A stretch of DNA of 64,000 nucleotides from Planctomycetota bacterium. Lineage in GTDB: Bacteria > Planctomycetota > UBA1135 > UBA2386. The DNA lies in assembly GCA_046290465.1 (NCBI GenBank), contig JBKAGP010000001.1:1-64000 (forward strand), read 5' to 3'. Made by a program: the position numbers and the translations under genes. Under the pieces are notes generated by a model. That model was not told where the DNA came from. It saw nothing but the letters and a program-made list of their open reading frames with translations, and did no database searches. This document shows, piece by piece, positions 1-10,125 of this stretch; position 1 is the stretch's first letter, and every line of letters starts with the position of its first letter.

Positions 1-1177
1 CTGATCACTTGGCTGTTGGTGCCCTCGCGCGAGTGGCACCAAGAGGCGCACATTGGTCCGCATTCAAACCGATCGCGTCCCGCTCAGGCTCATCGGATGG
101 ATGCTGCGCGGACCCAGTCCTGCTGCCAGCGCAGCACCTCGACCGACCGCAGCCGGCGCGGCAGCAACCCGAGCACGACCGCGGACGCCAGCATCGGATG
201 GTCGCGGTTGAATCGCTTGCGCACGTAGTTGCGGTGACGGCGAACAGGTCGAGCTGCGCCTTGAGCCAGCGCGCGGCCTTGGACACCAGCCACGACTTGC
301 GCCGCAGGCGGCCGCAGTTGTCGCGCGACATCGCGATCGTCGCGTTGATCGGGAACAGCGGGTTGCGGATCGTGCGCGCCTCGGTGCCGGAGGTGGTCGT
401 GTGGGTGGCGCGGTCGCCGAACACCTTCTTGCACGACCTCGCGTAACTCGCCTTCTTGTCGGTGTGTAGCCCGAGCTGCCCGGTGCACCGCCGGTCGAGC
501 TCGCGCAGCACGCCTTCGACGCACTCGCGGCTGCGGTCGGGCCGGCGGCCGTGCTGCTGTTCGTGGGCGTCCTGCCATGCCCGCCGGGTCGTGCCGCGTC
601 GGGCGAGCCGGCGGATCGGCGCCGTGTCGGCTGCGACCAGGAACCACGACTTCCGCTCGATCAGGATCGGCACCGTCAGGGTGCGGATCGACGAGCCTTC
701 GTACGTCTCCTCCTCGTCGAGCACGTAGTCGCCGCCCGACGGCAGGCGCTGCGAGAGGTTGCGGTGCAGGCCCGCGCAGGTGCGGGCGATCTTGCGCATC
801 TTGCGCTGCACCCCGGAGCACGACAGCTCGAGCAGGCGCCCGCCTGGCGCAGGCCGATGCCGCTCGTCAGCAGGTCGAACAGGCGGGCGTTGGTAGCGGG
901 CCTGCGGTCGCGGTAGTCGTGACGGAACGTCTGGCGTGAGAACGTTCTACGGCAGGCGGGGCAGCGATAGCGCTGCTCCGGCGCGGTGCGGCAGGCGGCG
1001 CGGAACGAGCCCCATCGGGCGAATCGCCGGGGCGGGGTGGTGAAGGCTGAGCAGTCCTGGTGCGGACAACGGGGTGGCTCGAAGGTCATGCGGTGTCGTG
1101 GCGATGCGCCACGACACTGGGGCCCGCGTTCGCTGGCGGTGGCAGCGAATCTCCGGGACCAACAACCAGGTGATCAG
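1..1177 (-). mobile_element. IS1-like element bounded by imperfect inverted repeats (left end may extend beyond the window)
   Basis: 1-20 ctgatcacttggctgttggt is the reverse complement (18/20) of 1158-1177 accaacaaccaggtgatcag; encloses a transposase-like ORF. Confidence 0.6.
64..1089 (-). pseudogene. IS1-family-like transposase (Zn ribbon-HTH-DDE fold) broken by three 1-nt deletions (real or sequencing artefact)
   Basis: CPHQDC...QRYRCPACRRTFS zinc ribbon; LRQAG helix-turn-helix start; LDEEETY and LHTDKKASY acidic motifs; RLRRKSWLVSK. Frame switches at ~839, ~235 and ~110 join ORFs 676..1089, 5..811 and 90..821. Confidence 0.7.
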
Positions 1178-1473
1178 TCGGAGCGGTGGCACGGGGGTCT
1201 GGGGGCCTTCTTCAAGAACCCCGAACCCCGCGTCGATGCTGCCCGTGCGCGCCGATGGTCGTTCGGGGGGATGGCCTTGGCGTTGTGCGAACCGTGCGGG
1301 ATCAGGGGGTTCGTGCACTGTCGTAGCGCGGGTGGGGGCCCGCCGACGGCAGGTGAGCATCGCTGGAGCCATGGGGGTGGCGCTGGCGGTCGGGCGCCCG
1401 CGGTGCCTCGCAACACCGTGGGATGCCTTTTTCTTCTCGCGACGGACGGACGCGCGCCGGTATCACGCCACCT

Positions 1474-3747
1474 ATGCGTCCTTCGTCGTGCGCCGGTCTG
1501 CTCGCCTTCCTGCTGGCTGCCTGCCACGCGATTGGGCCGGGACTGCCGCCGGATGTCGTGCGTGGGCTGCCGTGGGGCGAACGGCCGGCCGACCAGATGG
1601 CCTGGACCGCGCGGCAGGCGGTCGAGCGCGGCATGCCCGAGCGCGCGCTGGTCGAACTGGAGACCATCCTGCGGCTCGAGCCCCAGCACGTCGACGCGCA
1701 CCGCCTGCGCCAGGACCTGATGCGCACGCGGGGGCGCCGCGGGCGCCTGCTCGACGAGGCGCGGCGTCGGGTCGCGAAGCGGCCCGAGGACGGCCATGCG
1801 CACTACCTGCTGGCGCGCATCAGCGACGATCCGCAGCAGAAGCTCGCCGGCTTCCGCCGGGCGGCCGAGCTGGCGCCGGAGTCGGTCTGGCCGTGGCTCG
1901 GGCTGGCGCACACGCTGCGCGCGACGGACCGTTCGCGGGCGCTGCAGATCTACGAACGGCTGTTCGCGGCCAGCGGCCAGCATCCGCTGGTGGGGGTCGC
2001 GTTCGCCGCGGCGCTGCGTGAGGACGAACGCTACGAGGCGGCGGCGCTGGTCTACCAGGCGCTGCGCAGCGACCGCCGGGTCCCCGGCGTCGGCGACCTC
2101 GGGCTGGCGCAGGTCGCGATCGAGCGCGAGCGCCGCGACGCGGCTTGGGGCGCGCTGATGGAGGCGCTGCGCCACCGTCCGTTCGACCCCGGCGTGCAGG
2201 GGCTCGTGCACGGTTGGACCGAGACCAACGCGACCCGCGACCAGCGCCGGCAGGTCGCCGACGTCTTGCGCGAACACGGCGACCGGCTGCGCGCGTTCGG
2301 CGACCAGGCTGGCGCCCAGGTGCTGGCCGACCTGCTGGAGGACAACGGCCAGGTGCTGGCCGCGCGCCGGGTGCTCGAGCGACGCCTGGCCGAGCGGCCG
2401 AGTCCGGCGCTGCAGCGCGCGCACCGGCGGCTGGTGCTGGCGATGGGGGACGTCGAGGCGTTCTTGCAGCGCCTGCGCAGCGACGTGCCTCGCCATGTCG
2501 TCGCGGCGGAGGACAGCGAACTGCGCGGCCGCTGGCTGACGCTGCTCGACGGGCCGTGGATGGACGGCGCGCCGCTCGTCGACGCGGCCGGCACGCTGGC
2601 GCTGCTCGCGGCGTTGCGCGACGTCGGCATGCTGGTCGAGGTCGAGCGCCTCGCCGAGGTCGCGATGCAGCGCTTCCCGGAGGCCGAGGCGGACTGGCTG
2701 CAGCGCCAGGACGAGGCCCGGCGCGAACTGGCGTTCGAAGCGGGGCTGCGGCGGCTGCTCTACCGCGGCTACCGGGCGGGCGATGCCGCCGACCTCGCGA
2801 CGGTCGTCGAACGCATCCGCGAACTGTCGCTGCGGGTGCTCGGTGAGGACGTCGTCGGCGAGCCGCAGAGCTTTGCCGTGCCGCTCGTCGGCGAGATGCT
2901 CGACCCGTTCTCCGGCGGCGGGCTGTGCGAACACCTGGCGCGCTACAACCGCCACCTGGTGCTCGGCCGCCGCGCCGGCGGCACCGCCGAGGGCCTGCTG
3001 GTGACGCGGCTGTCGCTGCGCGAGCTGCCGGACACCGAGCGCCAGCGGCTGCCCGGCCGCTGCTTCGAGGTGGTCGGCACCGACCGCGACATCCGCGCAC
3101 TCGGCGGCGTGCTCGGCTCGGACCTGGCCGGGGTCGCGCTGCTCAACCACTTCCTGGTCGACCACGACGCGGTCGTCGACTGGGCGCTCGGCCTGCTCGA
3201 TCGCCGCCGCATCGCGCGCCGCGACCAGCTGCAGCTGACGCGCGATCCGATCCCCGGCGACGTCGGCCTCGACCCGCTCGACGTCTCGTGGCGGTTGGCG
3301 CTGCGCTCACCGGTCGCCGACGAGGATCTCGCCGAGGCGGTGCTCGGGATGATCCGTGACCACGAACGGCGGCACCTGGTCGACTCGTTCCACTACATGC
3401 CGATCGAGTGGAACCTGCTGCGCGGCGCCGGGCTGCTGCTCCGGTTCGGTCTGTCGCCGGCGCAGATCGAGGCCGAGATGGAGCGGCGGGCGGAGCTCGC
3501 GGCGTTGGCGCTGTCGCCGCACACCGAGCTGGTGCTGGCGCACATCGTCGACTTCTACGGCGACCCGCCGCTGCACTCGCCGCACCACATCGGCTTCAGC
3601 CGGCTGCACCAGCAGCTGTACGCCGAACTGCTCGAACTCGGCGTCGCGCCGGCGCAGGCGGCGCCGAGCCGATGGCACGAACTCGACATGGCGCTGGTCC
3701 GCGAGGCGGCGTCGCGGTTGCTGGATCGCCTGCCCGGGGGAAGGTAG
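1474..3747 (+). CDS. TPR-repeat lipoprotein with C-terminal HExxH (zincin-like) motif
   Basis: Lipobox LLAAC after ATG 1474; TPR-like helices (ALVELETILRLEPQHVDAH, FRRAAELAPESVWPWLGLA); HERRH at 3361-3375. Confidence 0.7.
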   Translation: MRPSSCAGLLAFLLAACHAIGPGLPPDVVRGLPWGERPADQMAWTARQAVERGMPERALVELETILRLEPQHVDAHRLRQDLMRTRGRRGRLLDEARRRVAKRPEDGHAHYLLARISDDPQQKLAGFRRAAELAPESVWPWLGLAHTLRATDRSRALQIYERLFAASGQHPLVGVAFAAALREDERYEAAALVYQALRSDRRVPGVGDLGLAQVAIERERRDAAWGALMEALRHRPFDPGVQGLVHGWTETNATRDQRRQVADVLREHGDRLRAFGDQAGAQVLADLLEDNGQVLAARRVLERRLAERPSPALQRAHRRLVLAMGDVEAFLQRLRSDVPRHVVAAEDSELRGRWLTLLDGPWMDGAPLVDAAGTLALLAALRDVGMLVEVERLAEVAMQRFPEAEADWLQRQDEARRELAFEAGLRRLLYRGYRAGDAADLATVVERIRELSLRVLGEDVVGEPQSFAVPLVGEMLDPFSGGGLCEHLARYNRHLVLGRRAGGTAEGLLVTRLSLRELPDTERQRLPGRCFEVVGTDRDIRALGGVLGSDLAGVALLNHFLVDHDAVVDWALGLLDRRRIARRDQLQLTRDPIPGDVGLDPLDVSWRLALRSPVADEDLAEAVLGMIRDHERRHLVDSFHYMPIEWNLLRGAGLLLRFGLSPAQIEAEMERRAELAALALSPHTELVLAHIVDFYGDPPLHSPHHIGFSRLHQQLYAELLELGVAPAQAAPSRWHELDMALVREAASRLLDRLPGGR

Positions 3748-3791
3748 CCGGGGGAAGGTAGCCGGGGGACGATAGCCCGGGCGACGAGAGC
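3734..3791. repeat. Short degenerate tandem repeat (14-15 nt x4)
   Basis: ccgggggaaggtag x2, then ccgggggacgatagc and ccgggcgacgagagc, overlapping the upstream stop codon. Confidence 0.8.
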
Positions 3792-3929
3792 CCGGTGGCA
3801 GCGGCGGGTTGCGTGCACGGGCACGACATTTGTTATGGTAGAGGTCGCTTGCGGCACGCTGTCGCCCGTCCGATACGCCTCGGGCTGCGGCTGCCCAGAC
3901 CCCTCAGCCGATAACCAAGGGAGCATTCG

Positions 3930-4727
3930 ATGACGACATCCCGCAATCCGATTCTGTTCACGACGGCCCTGCTGGCCGCGGCGTTTGCGATGGCGCCGTC
4001 CGCGACCGCCCAGAAGCCCAAGAAGATCGCTCCCGACAAGGAGGTCGCCGAGAAGGTCAAGGTGCTCAAGGAGGTCGCCAAGGACAAGAAGTTCACGCGC
4101 GACGCCGAGGGCATCGGGATCATCGACGTGCTGATGCAGAAGAACGAGAAGGGCCTCAACGACAAGGACAAGAAGTCGATCGTCAAGGCTCTCGACGGCG
4201 TGCTCAACAAGGGCAAGGTGCGGCCGGCCAACAAGGCGCAGATCTACAATGCGACCGCCGAGGCGCTGGGCCGCCACGGCGAGCCGGGCGCCAAGGCGCT
4301 GAAGACCGCCTACGAGAAGAAGCGCTTTCCCGACAAGCCCGAGTGGGTGCCGTTGCGCGAGAAGCTGCTGACCAACATCGGTCGGACCAAGGACGAGGAC
4401 ATGGTCAAGTTCCTGCTCGACGAGGCCCGGCGCAGCCCCGAGGCCGCGCTGCAGGCCGCGGCCGGCAAGGCGCTCGGCAACTTCCGCGAGTCCGACCAGA
4501 AGCTGCGCCGCGACATCGTCAGCGGCATGATCATCAAGTGGGGGTCGCTGTCGGAGGCGGCGTCGCAGCTCGGCGGCGCCAACGTCGAGGCGCAGAACGC
4601 CCGCGACCGGCTGGCCGCCATCGTCGGCCCGTGGAACGAGACCCTCAAGGCGCTGACCGGCCAGGACCAGGATACGTTCCGCAAGTGGCAGGCCTGGTGG
4701 AACAAGAACAAGAACGAGAAGTGGTAG
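3930..4727 (+). CDS. Secreted helical (HEAT-repeat-like) hypothetical protein
   Basis: Signal peptide (ILFTTALLAAAFAMAPSATA); AAGKALG/ATAEALG HEAT-like motifs; C-terminal LKALTGQ...WQAWW; GGGAG RBS; strong GC3 bias. Confidence 0.75.
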   Translation: MTTSRNPILFTTALLAAAFAMAPSATAQKPKKIAPDKEVAEKVKVLKEVAKDKKFTRDAEGIGIIDVLMQKNEKGLNDKDKKSIVKALDGVLNKGKVRPANKAQIYNATAEALGRHGEPGAKALKTAYEKKRFPDKPEWVPLREKLLTNIGRTKDEDMVKFLLDEARRSPEAALQAAAGKALGNFRESDQKLRRDIVSGMIIKWGSLSEAASQLGGANVEAQNARDRLAAIVGPWNETLKALTGQDQDTFRKWQAWWNKNKNEKW

Positions 4728-4813
4728 GCTGACGCGGCACGGCGTCGGCGCGCGACGGCACCCGCGTCGGGTGCCTGGGAAGGGCCGGGCGTCTGCCCCG
4801 TCTGACGTGCCCC

Positions 4814-6010
4814 ATGCGCTGGCCCCACTACGTCGTCCTGTTCGCCCTGCTCGGCGCGGTCGTGATGCTCGCGCTCGAGACGCTGCGCCTCGCCGAGCTG
4901 GCGGGGGACTTCGAACGTCGCGCCGTGCTGGCGGAGCGCGGGCTCGCCCAGCGGGTGGATCCCGACCAGGTGGCCTCTCGGCCCGCGGGCCGGCAGGGGG
5001 TGGATCCGAGCCGGGAGGACCCGAAGGCCGACGCGCAGCCGGCGACTTCGCCCGGTGAAGGGGCACCGGGGTCGACGACGGACTCCGACGACGGCGGCGT
5101 CGGCCTCGCCGAATACAGCCGCCTGCAGCTCGAGCTGCACACCACGCGCGAGCGGTTGGCCGCCGTCCGCACGCTGCTCGACGCGCGCAACGCCGAACTC
5201 GCGCGCCGCGCCGCGGAGTCGAAGCAGCGGGTCGCCGATGCGCTCAAGCCGATGCCGGCGGGCGTGCGCGAGTGCCTGCACGCGCTGCACCAGTGCCTGC
5301 GGCTCGAGGGCTTCACGGCGCAGCGGTTCCTGCGGGCGACCGCGGTCGACGCCGAGGGCCTGCACGACGTCGAACTGCTCGAGACCGCGGCCGACGGCCT
5401 CGGTGTGGTGTTCGTGACCGCCGCGCGCATGACCGCGTCGCTCGATCGCACGACCGGCCGCCTCGAACTGCGCTTCTTCGAAGGCCACCGCAGCGTCGAC
5501 GGCGAACGTGCGGCGCTGCCCGAGGATGGCTTCGCGGTGGTGTTCGACGACGTCGACGGCCAGCTGTTCGAACGGCGTCTGCCCTACCTGGTGCGCGCCA
5601 GCGGCGCCTACCCGGTCGAGCGCGAGACCAGCGACGACCAGCCCGGCGACCTCGATCCGGCCTCGCGGCGGCAGTGGGCGCGGCGCCTGTCGCGGCTGCT
5701 GGCGCAAGCGCGCACCGACATCCACTGGAGCGCGTCGCGTCTGCGCGGCCAGCTGGACGGCCACTTCCTGCAGGTCGAACTGGTCGGCACCAACGACAAG
5801 GGGCTGGTGCTCGGCAGTGCGCACTGCGACCGGGTCGCGGTCGAGATCGACGAGCGACGCAACGTCGTTTCGCTGTTGCTGCTCGACGGTGTCTTGCGTC
5901 GCGACGGCGTCGAGTCGACGATCACCGACCGAGGCTTCCGCATGCTGCTGCCAGGTTTGACCCCCAAGGACTGTTCCGATGCCATGCTCGGCATCGTCGT
6001 GAAGAGATGA
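4814..6010 (+). CDS. Membrane-anchored hypothetical protein
   Basis: N-terminal hydrophobic segment, coiled-coil region, stop overlaps the next ATG (ATGA). Confidence 0.7.
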   Translation: MRWPHYVVLFALLGAVVMLALETLRLAELAGDFERRAVLAERGLAQRVDPDQVASRPAGRQGVDPSREDPKADAQPATSPGEGAPGSTTDSDDGGVGLAEYSRLQLELHTTRERLAAVRTLLDARNAELARRAAESKQRVADALKPMPAGVRECLHALHQCLRLEGFTAQRFLRATAVDAEGLHDVELLETAADGLGVVFVTAARMTASLDRTTGRLELRFFEGHRSVDGERAALPEDGFAVVFDDVDGQLFERRLPYLVRASGAYPVERETSDDQPGDLDPASRRQWARRLSRLLAQARTDIHWSASRLRGQLDGHFLQVELVGTNDKGLVLGSAHCDRVAVEIDERRNVVSLLLLDGVLRRDGVESTITDRGFRMLLPGLTPKDCSDAMLGIVVKR

Positions 6011-7047
6011 GCGAACGCCACTCTGCCGGCGCGTTCCGTTCGTTCGTCGGCGAGCACCAGCAGGCGGTCGAGGCGGCCCTGCGCGACCTGCTGCCCGATC
6101 CCTCCGCGCAGCCGACCCGGCTGCACGAGGCGATGCACTACGCGATGTTTCCGGGCGGCAAGCGGCTGCGGCCGATGCTGACGCTGCTCGGCTGCGTGGC
6201 GACCGGCGGCCGTCTCGAGCAGGCGCTGCGCCCGGCGGCCGCGCTCGAATGCCTGCACACCTACAGCCTCGTGCACGACGACCTGCCGTGCATGGACGAC
6301 GACGACCTGCGGCGCGGCCGCGCGACCTGCCACAAGGTCTACGGGGAGTCGCTGGCGCTGCTCGCTGGGGACGCGCTGCTGACGCTGGCGTTCGAAGGCG
6401 TCGCCGCCGCCGGCGGCCCTGCGGTCGCGGCGCTGGCGCGCGCCTCGGGCAGCGTCGGCATGGTCGGCGGCCAGGTCGAGGACCTCGCGGCCGAGGGCGC
6501 GCTTGGCGACGCCGGGGGCGCGCTTGGCGACGCCGCGGTGGCGCCGCTGGGGCTTGGCGCGGCGCCTGGCCGGTCCAGGCCGTCGGCCCAGGACGGAGGC
6601 CCGGGGCAGACCCTCGAGCGGCTGCGCTGGATCCACGACCACAAGACCGGCGCGCTGATCACCGCCTCGCTGGTGGTGGGCGCGCACGCCGGGGCCGGTC
6701 CGGATGCCGTTCCGGCGGAACTCCTGCAACTGCTTACCGGATACGGGGATCGGTTGGGCCGCGCGTTCCAGATCGCCGACGACTGCCTCGATGTCACCGG
6801 CTCGGCGGAGGAACTCGGCAAGAATCCCGGGGCCGATGTCGCGCTCGGCAAGCTGACCTGGCCGGCTCTGCTCGGCCTCGACCAGAGCCTGCAGGCGGCC
6901 GGCGAACTCGCGCAGGAAGCCGCAGGTCTCGCCAGCGAAGTGGTTTCCGCCGCTGCCAGCTGGCGGGGGGTTGGCCGGAGTTCGCTGGACGAAGCCGCGC
7001 TGCTGCTGCAAGATGTCGCGTTCTACACCGTCGAGCGCCGAACCTGA
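6007..7047 (+). CDS. ispA: Polyprenyl (FPP/GGPP) diphosphate synthase
   Basis: GGKRLRP, HDDLPCMDDDDLRRG, GQVEDL, KTGAL and FQIADD motifs; directly upstream of dxs. Confidence 0.93.
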   Translation: MSERHSAGAFRSFVGEHQQAVEAALRDLLPDPSAQPTRLHEAMHYAMFPGGKRLRPMLTLLGCVATGGRLEQALRPAAALECLHTYSLVHDDLPCMDDDDLRRGRATCHKVYGESLALLAGDALLTLAFEGVAAAGGPAVAALARASGSVGMVGGQVEDLAAEGALGDAGGALGDAAVAPLGLGAAPGRSRPSAQDGGPGQTLERLRWIHDHKTGALITASLVVGAHAGAGPDAVPAELLQLLTGYGDRLGRAFQIADDCLDVTGSAEELGKNPGADVALGKLTWPALLGLDQSLQAAGELAQEAAGLASEVVSAAASWRGVGRSSLDEAALLLQDVAFYTVERRT

Positions 7048-7119
7048 GGCACCGGAACGTCCGGAGGGCTTGGGTCGTGCGCCGTGCGGTCGTAACGAAC
7101 CAGCTGCCCGGAGCAGACA

Positions 7120-9063
7120 TTGGACCAACCGTCGCCTACCCCTCTCTTCGATCAGGTCGATACCCCCGCGGACCTCAAGAAGCTTCCTCGTGAGAAGCTG
7201 ACCGAGCTCTGCGCCGAACTGCGCAAGGTCATCATGGACACCGTCTCGGTGACCGGCGGCCACCTCGGTTCGGGCATGGGCGTCGTCGAGCTGACGGTGG
7301 CCCTGCACTACCTGTACGACTTCTCCGACGACCGCCTCGTCTGGGACGTCGGCCACCAGTGCTACCCGCACAAGCTGCTGACCGGCCGCAAGGATCGCTT
7401 CCACACGCTGCGGCAGAAGGACGGGCTGAGCGGCTTCTCCAACAAATGGGAGAGCGAGTACGACGCCTACCTGATGGGCCACGCCGGCACCGCCGCGTCG
7501 GCCGCGCTCGGCATCGCGATGGGCGACAAGATGCAGGGCAACACCAGCCGCCATTCGGTCGCCGTCGTCGGCGACGCGGCGATGGGTTGCGGGGTCGCGT
7601 TCGAGGCGCTGAACCACGCCGGTTCGCTCGAGGACACCAAGCTGCTGGTGATCCTCAACGACAACCGCTGGTCGATCGCCAAGACCGTCGGCGCGCTGTC
7701 GCGCCACCTCAACAAGCTGCGCAGCGGCGCGTTCTACAACCGTGCCAAGGAGTCGATCCATCACCTGATCCAGTCGATCCCGGTGGTCGGCAAGGACCTC
7801 GACCAGCGCCTCGGCGATGCGGTCGACATGGTCAAGAACATGGTGGTGCCCGGCCATCTGTTCGAGGAGCTCGGCTTCCGCTACTTCGGCCCGGTCGACG
7901 GCCACAACATGCAGGAGACGCTCGAGGCGGTCGAGAACTGCAAGCAGCTCGACGGCGTCACGCTGCTGCACGTCATGACCGAGAAGGGCAAGGGCGTGCC
8001 AGGCAGCGAGGAGCGCTACGACCGCGCCCACGCCGCCAAGCCGAAGCCCAAGAAGGTCCCGGTCGAGCCGGCGGTGCTGCAGCCGATGGTGCCCGAGAAG
8101 CCGAAGGGCCAGGCCTGGACCAAGTGGTTCAGCCAGAGCATCGAGAAGCTCGCCGAGCAGAACGACAAGGTGATCGCGATCACCGCCGCGATGCCGGACG
8201 GAACCGGCCTGATGGAGTTCCGCGATCGCTTCCCGGAGCGCTTCGTCGACGCCGGCATCGCCGAGCAGCACGCGGTCGCGATGGCGTCGGGCATGGCCAC
8301 GGCCGGCATGAAGCCGGTGTGCGCGATCTACTCGACGTTCCTGCAGCGCGGCTACGACCAGGTGTTCCAGGAGGTCATCCTGCAGCGCCTGCCGGTCGTG
8401 TTCGCGATGGACCGCGCCGGCCTGGTCGGCGAGGACGGCGCGACCCACAACGGCATCTACGACATCAGCTACCTGCGCTGCATGCCGGGCATCACGCTGA
8501 TGGCGCCGATGGACGGCAAGGAACTGCACGAGATGATGCAGTTCTCGCTGACGCTCGACGGCCCGAGCGGGGTGCGCTACGCGCGCGGCAACGCGCCCGA
8601 GGAGCACGACCTGGTGGGCTGGGACGGCAAGCGTGAGCCGATCCGCCTCGGCAAGGCGCAGACGCTGCGGCAGGGCTCCGACGGCGCAATCCTCGCCTAC
8701 GGTCACATGGTGCAGACCGCGCTCGAGGCAGCCGCGCAGCTCGCCGAGCAGGGCGTCCAGATCGAAGTCGTCAACGCGCGTTTCTGCAAGCCGCTCGACG
8801 AGGAGTTCGTCGTCGACCTGTGCAACCGCCACGAGCGCGTCGTGACCCTCGAGGACCACGTCAAGGTCGGCGGCTTCGGCAGCGCGGTGCTCGAGTGCCT
8901 CGCCGCCCACGGCCCGGTGCGCGCCGAGGTGCAGGTGGTGGGCGTTCCGGACGACATCCACGTGCACATGTCCCGCGGCCAGATCCTCGATCACTGCGGC
9001 ATGACCGCGAGGCACGTCGCCGATCGCTTTCGCGTCGACAAGGACGCGGCGGTCACCTCCTGA
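7120..9063 (+). CDS. dxs: 1-deoxy-D-xylulose-5-phosphate synthase
   Basis: GGHLGSGMGVVELT, WDVGHQCYPHK, GIAEQHAV, YSTFLQRGYDQ, DRAGLVGEDGATH. Confidence 0.97.
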   Translation: MDQPSPTPLFDQVDTPADLKKLPREKLTELCAELRKVIMDTVSVTGGHLGSGMGVVELTVALHYLYDFSDDRLVWDVGHQCYPHKLLTGRKDRFHTLRQKDGLSGFSNKWESEYDAYLMGHAGTAASAALGIAMGDKMQGNTSRHSVAVVGDAAMGCGVAFEALNHAGSLEDTKLLVILNDNRWSIAKTVGALSRHLNKLRSGAFYNRAKESIHHLIQSIPVVGKDLDQRLGDAVDMVKNMVVPGHLFEELGFRYFGPVDGHNMQETLEAVENCKQLDGVTLLHVMTEKGKGVPGSEERYDRAHAAKPKPKKVPVEPAVLQPMVPEKPKGQAWTKWFSQSIEKLAEQNDKVIAITAAMPDGTGLMEFRDRFPERFVDAGIAEQHAVAMASGMATAGMKPVCAIYSTFLQRGYDQVFQEVILQRLPVVFAMDRAGLVGEDGATHNGIYDISYLRCMPGITLMAPMDGKELHEMMQFSLTLDGPSGVRYARGNAPEEHDLVGWDGKREPIRLGKAQTLRQGSDGAILAYGHMVQTALEAAAQLAEQGVQIEVVNARFCKPLDEEFVVDLCNRHERVVTLEDHVKVGGFGSAVLECLAAHGPVRAEVQVVGVPDDIHVHMSRGQILDHCGMTARHVADRFRVDKDAAVTS

Positions 9064-9130
9064 TCGGCAACCCTGATCCAGAGCGCCCGCCGGGACTCGC
9101 GGCGGGCAGTCCAGGCCCATGGAGGCGGCG

Positions 9131-9994
9131 ATGGCGGAACGAACGATCCGGCGGGTGTTGTTGGTGGGGGACGCCAAGAAGGGCGGCACCGCCGACGTCA
9201 TCGCCCGCTACGCCGCGTGGTTCGAGCGGCACGGCATCGAGACCGCCGAGGTGACCGACCGCGAGGCGTCACTGCACGACCAGGACGCCGACGTCGTGGT
9301 GGTCTGGGGTGGCGACGGTTCGCTGCTCGCCGCCGCGCGTCGGATGGCCGAGAACCAGCGCCCGACGCTCGGCATCAACCGTGGCCGCCTCGGCTTCCTG
9401 ACCGCGTTCGAGGACGAGCAGAGCGAGCTGGCGCTGCAGAAGCTGGTCGACGGCGACCTCTGCGAGGAGACCCGGCTGATGTTCCGCTGCCAGGTCGACC
9501 TCGGCGAAGGGGCGGCCGGCAACGTGCTCGGCCTCAACGACATCGTCGTCAGCCGCGCCGGTGCCGGCGGCATGATCATCGTGCGCGTGCGCCGTGGGGA
9601 CGCCGAGATCGGCACCTACCGCGGCGACGGCGTGATCGCCGCCACCGCGACCGGTTCGACCGCCTACTCGATGGCCGCCGGTGGCCCGGTGCTGGCACCG
9701 GACCTCGACGCGGTCGCGCTGACGCCGCTCGCCTCGCACTCGCTGAGCGCGCACCCGCTGGTGCTGTCGATCGGCAGCGGCCTCGAGTTCGAGATCGTCG
9801 AGACCGGCGACATGCCGTACGCGTACTGCGTCGTCGACGGCCAGGTGCAGATGCAGGTCCAGGTCGGCACGCGCATCACGATGCGCACCGCGCCGATGCG
9901 CTTCCGCCACCTGACCCAGAGCCCGAAGCAGTTCTTCGACGTGCTGGTGGCCAAGTTCGGCTTCGCCGGCATGGCGCGCTCGCGCGGCGAGTGA
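9131..9994 (+). CDS. nadK: NAD(+) kinase
   Basis: GGDGS, GINRGRLGFL, LND, GDGVIAATATGSTAYSMAAGGP. Confidence 0.95.
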   Translation: MAERTIRRVLLVGDAKKGGTADVIARYAAWFERHGIETAEVTDREASLHDQDADVVVVWGGDGSLLAAARRMAENQRPTLGINRGRLGFLTAFEDEQSELALQKLVDGDLCEETRLMFRCQVDLGEGAAGNVLGLNDIVVSRAGAGGMIIVRVRRGDAEIGTYRGDGVIAATATGSTAYSMAAGGPVLAPDLDAVALTPLASHSLSAHPLVLSIGSGLEFEIVETGDMPYAYCVVDGQVQMQVQVGTRITMRTAPMRFRHLTQSPKQFFDVLVAKFGFAGMARSRGE

Positions 9995-10001
9995 ACGGCC
10001 G

Positions 10002-10108
10002 CGGTCGGCGGGTTCCCCGTCGGCGGTTTCCCGTCGGCGGTTTCTCGTCGGCTGGGTCGTCGTCGGCCAGCTTCTCCATCGGCCAACTTCGCCGTCGGCC
10101 GGATTCCT
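10002..10108. repeat. Degenerate 14-15 nt tandem repeat (cgtcggc core) between convergent genes
   Basis: About 7 copies of (c/g)gtcggc/catcggc at 14-15 nt spacing. Confidence 0.7.
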
Positions 10109-10125
10109 GATCGACCGGTTCCCGC

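Noticed and set aside
811..850. IS1-type programmed -1 frameshift between InsA and InsB
   Set aside because: No AAAAAAC-type slippery site, and two more identical-type breaks occur downstream, which favours indels
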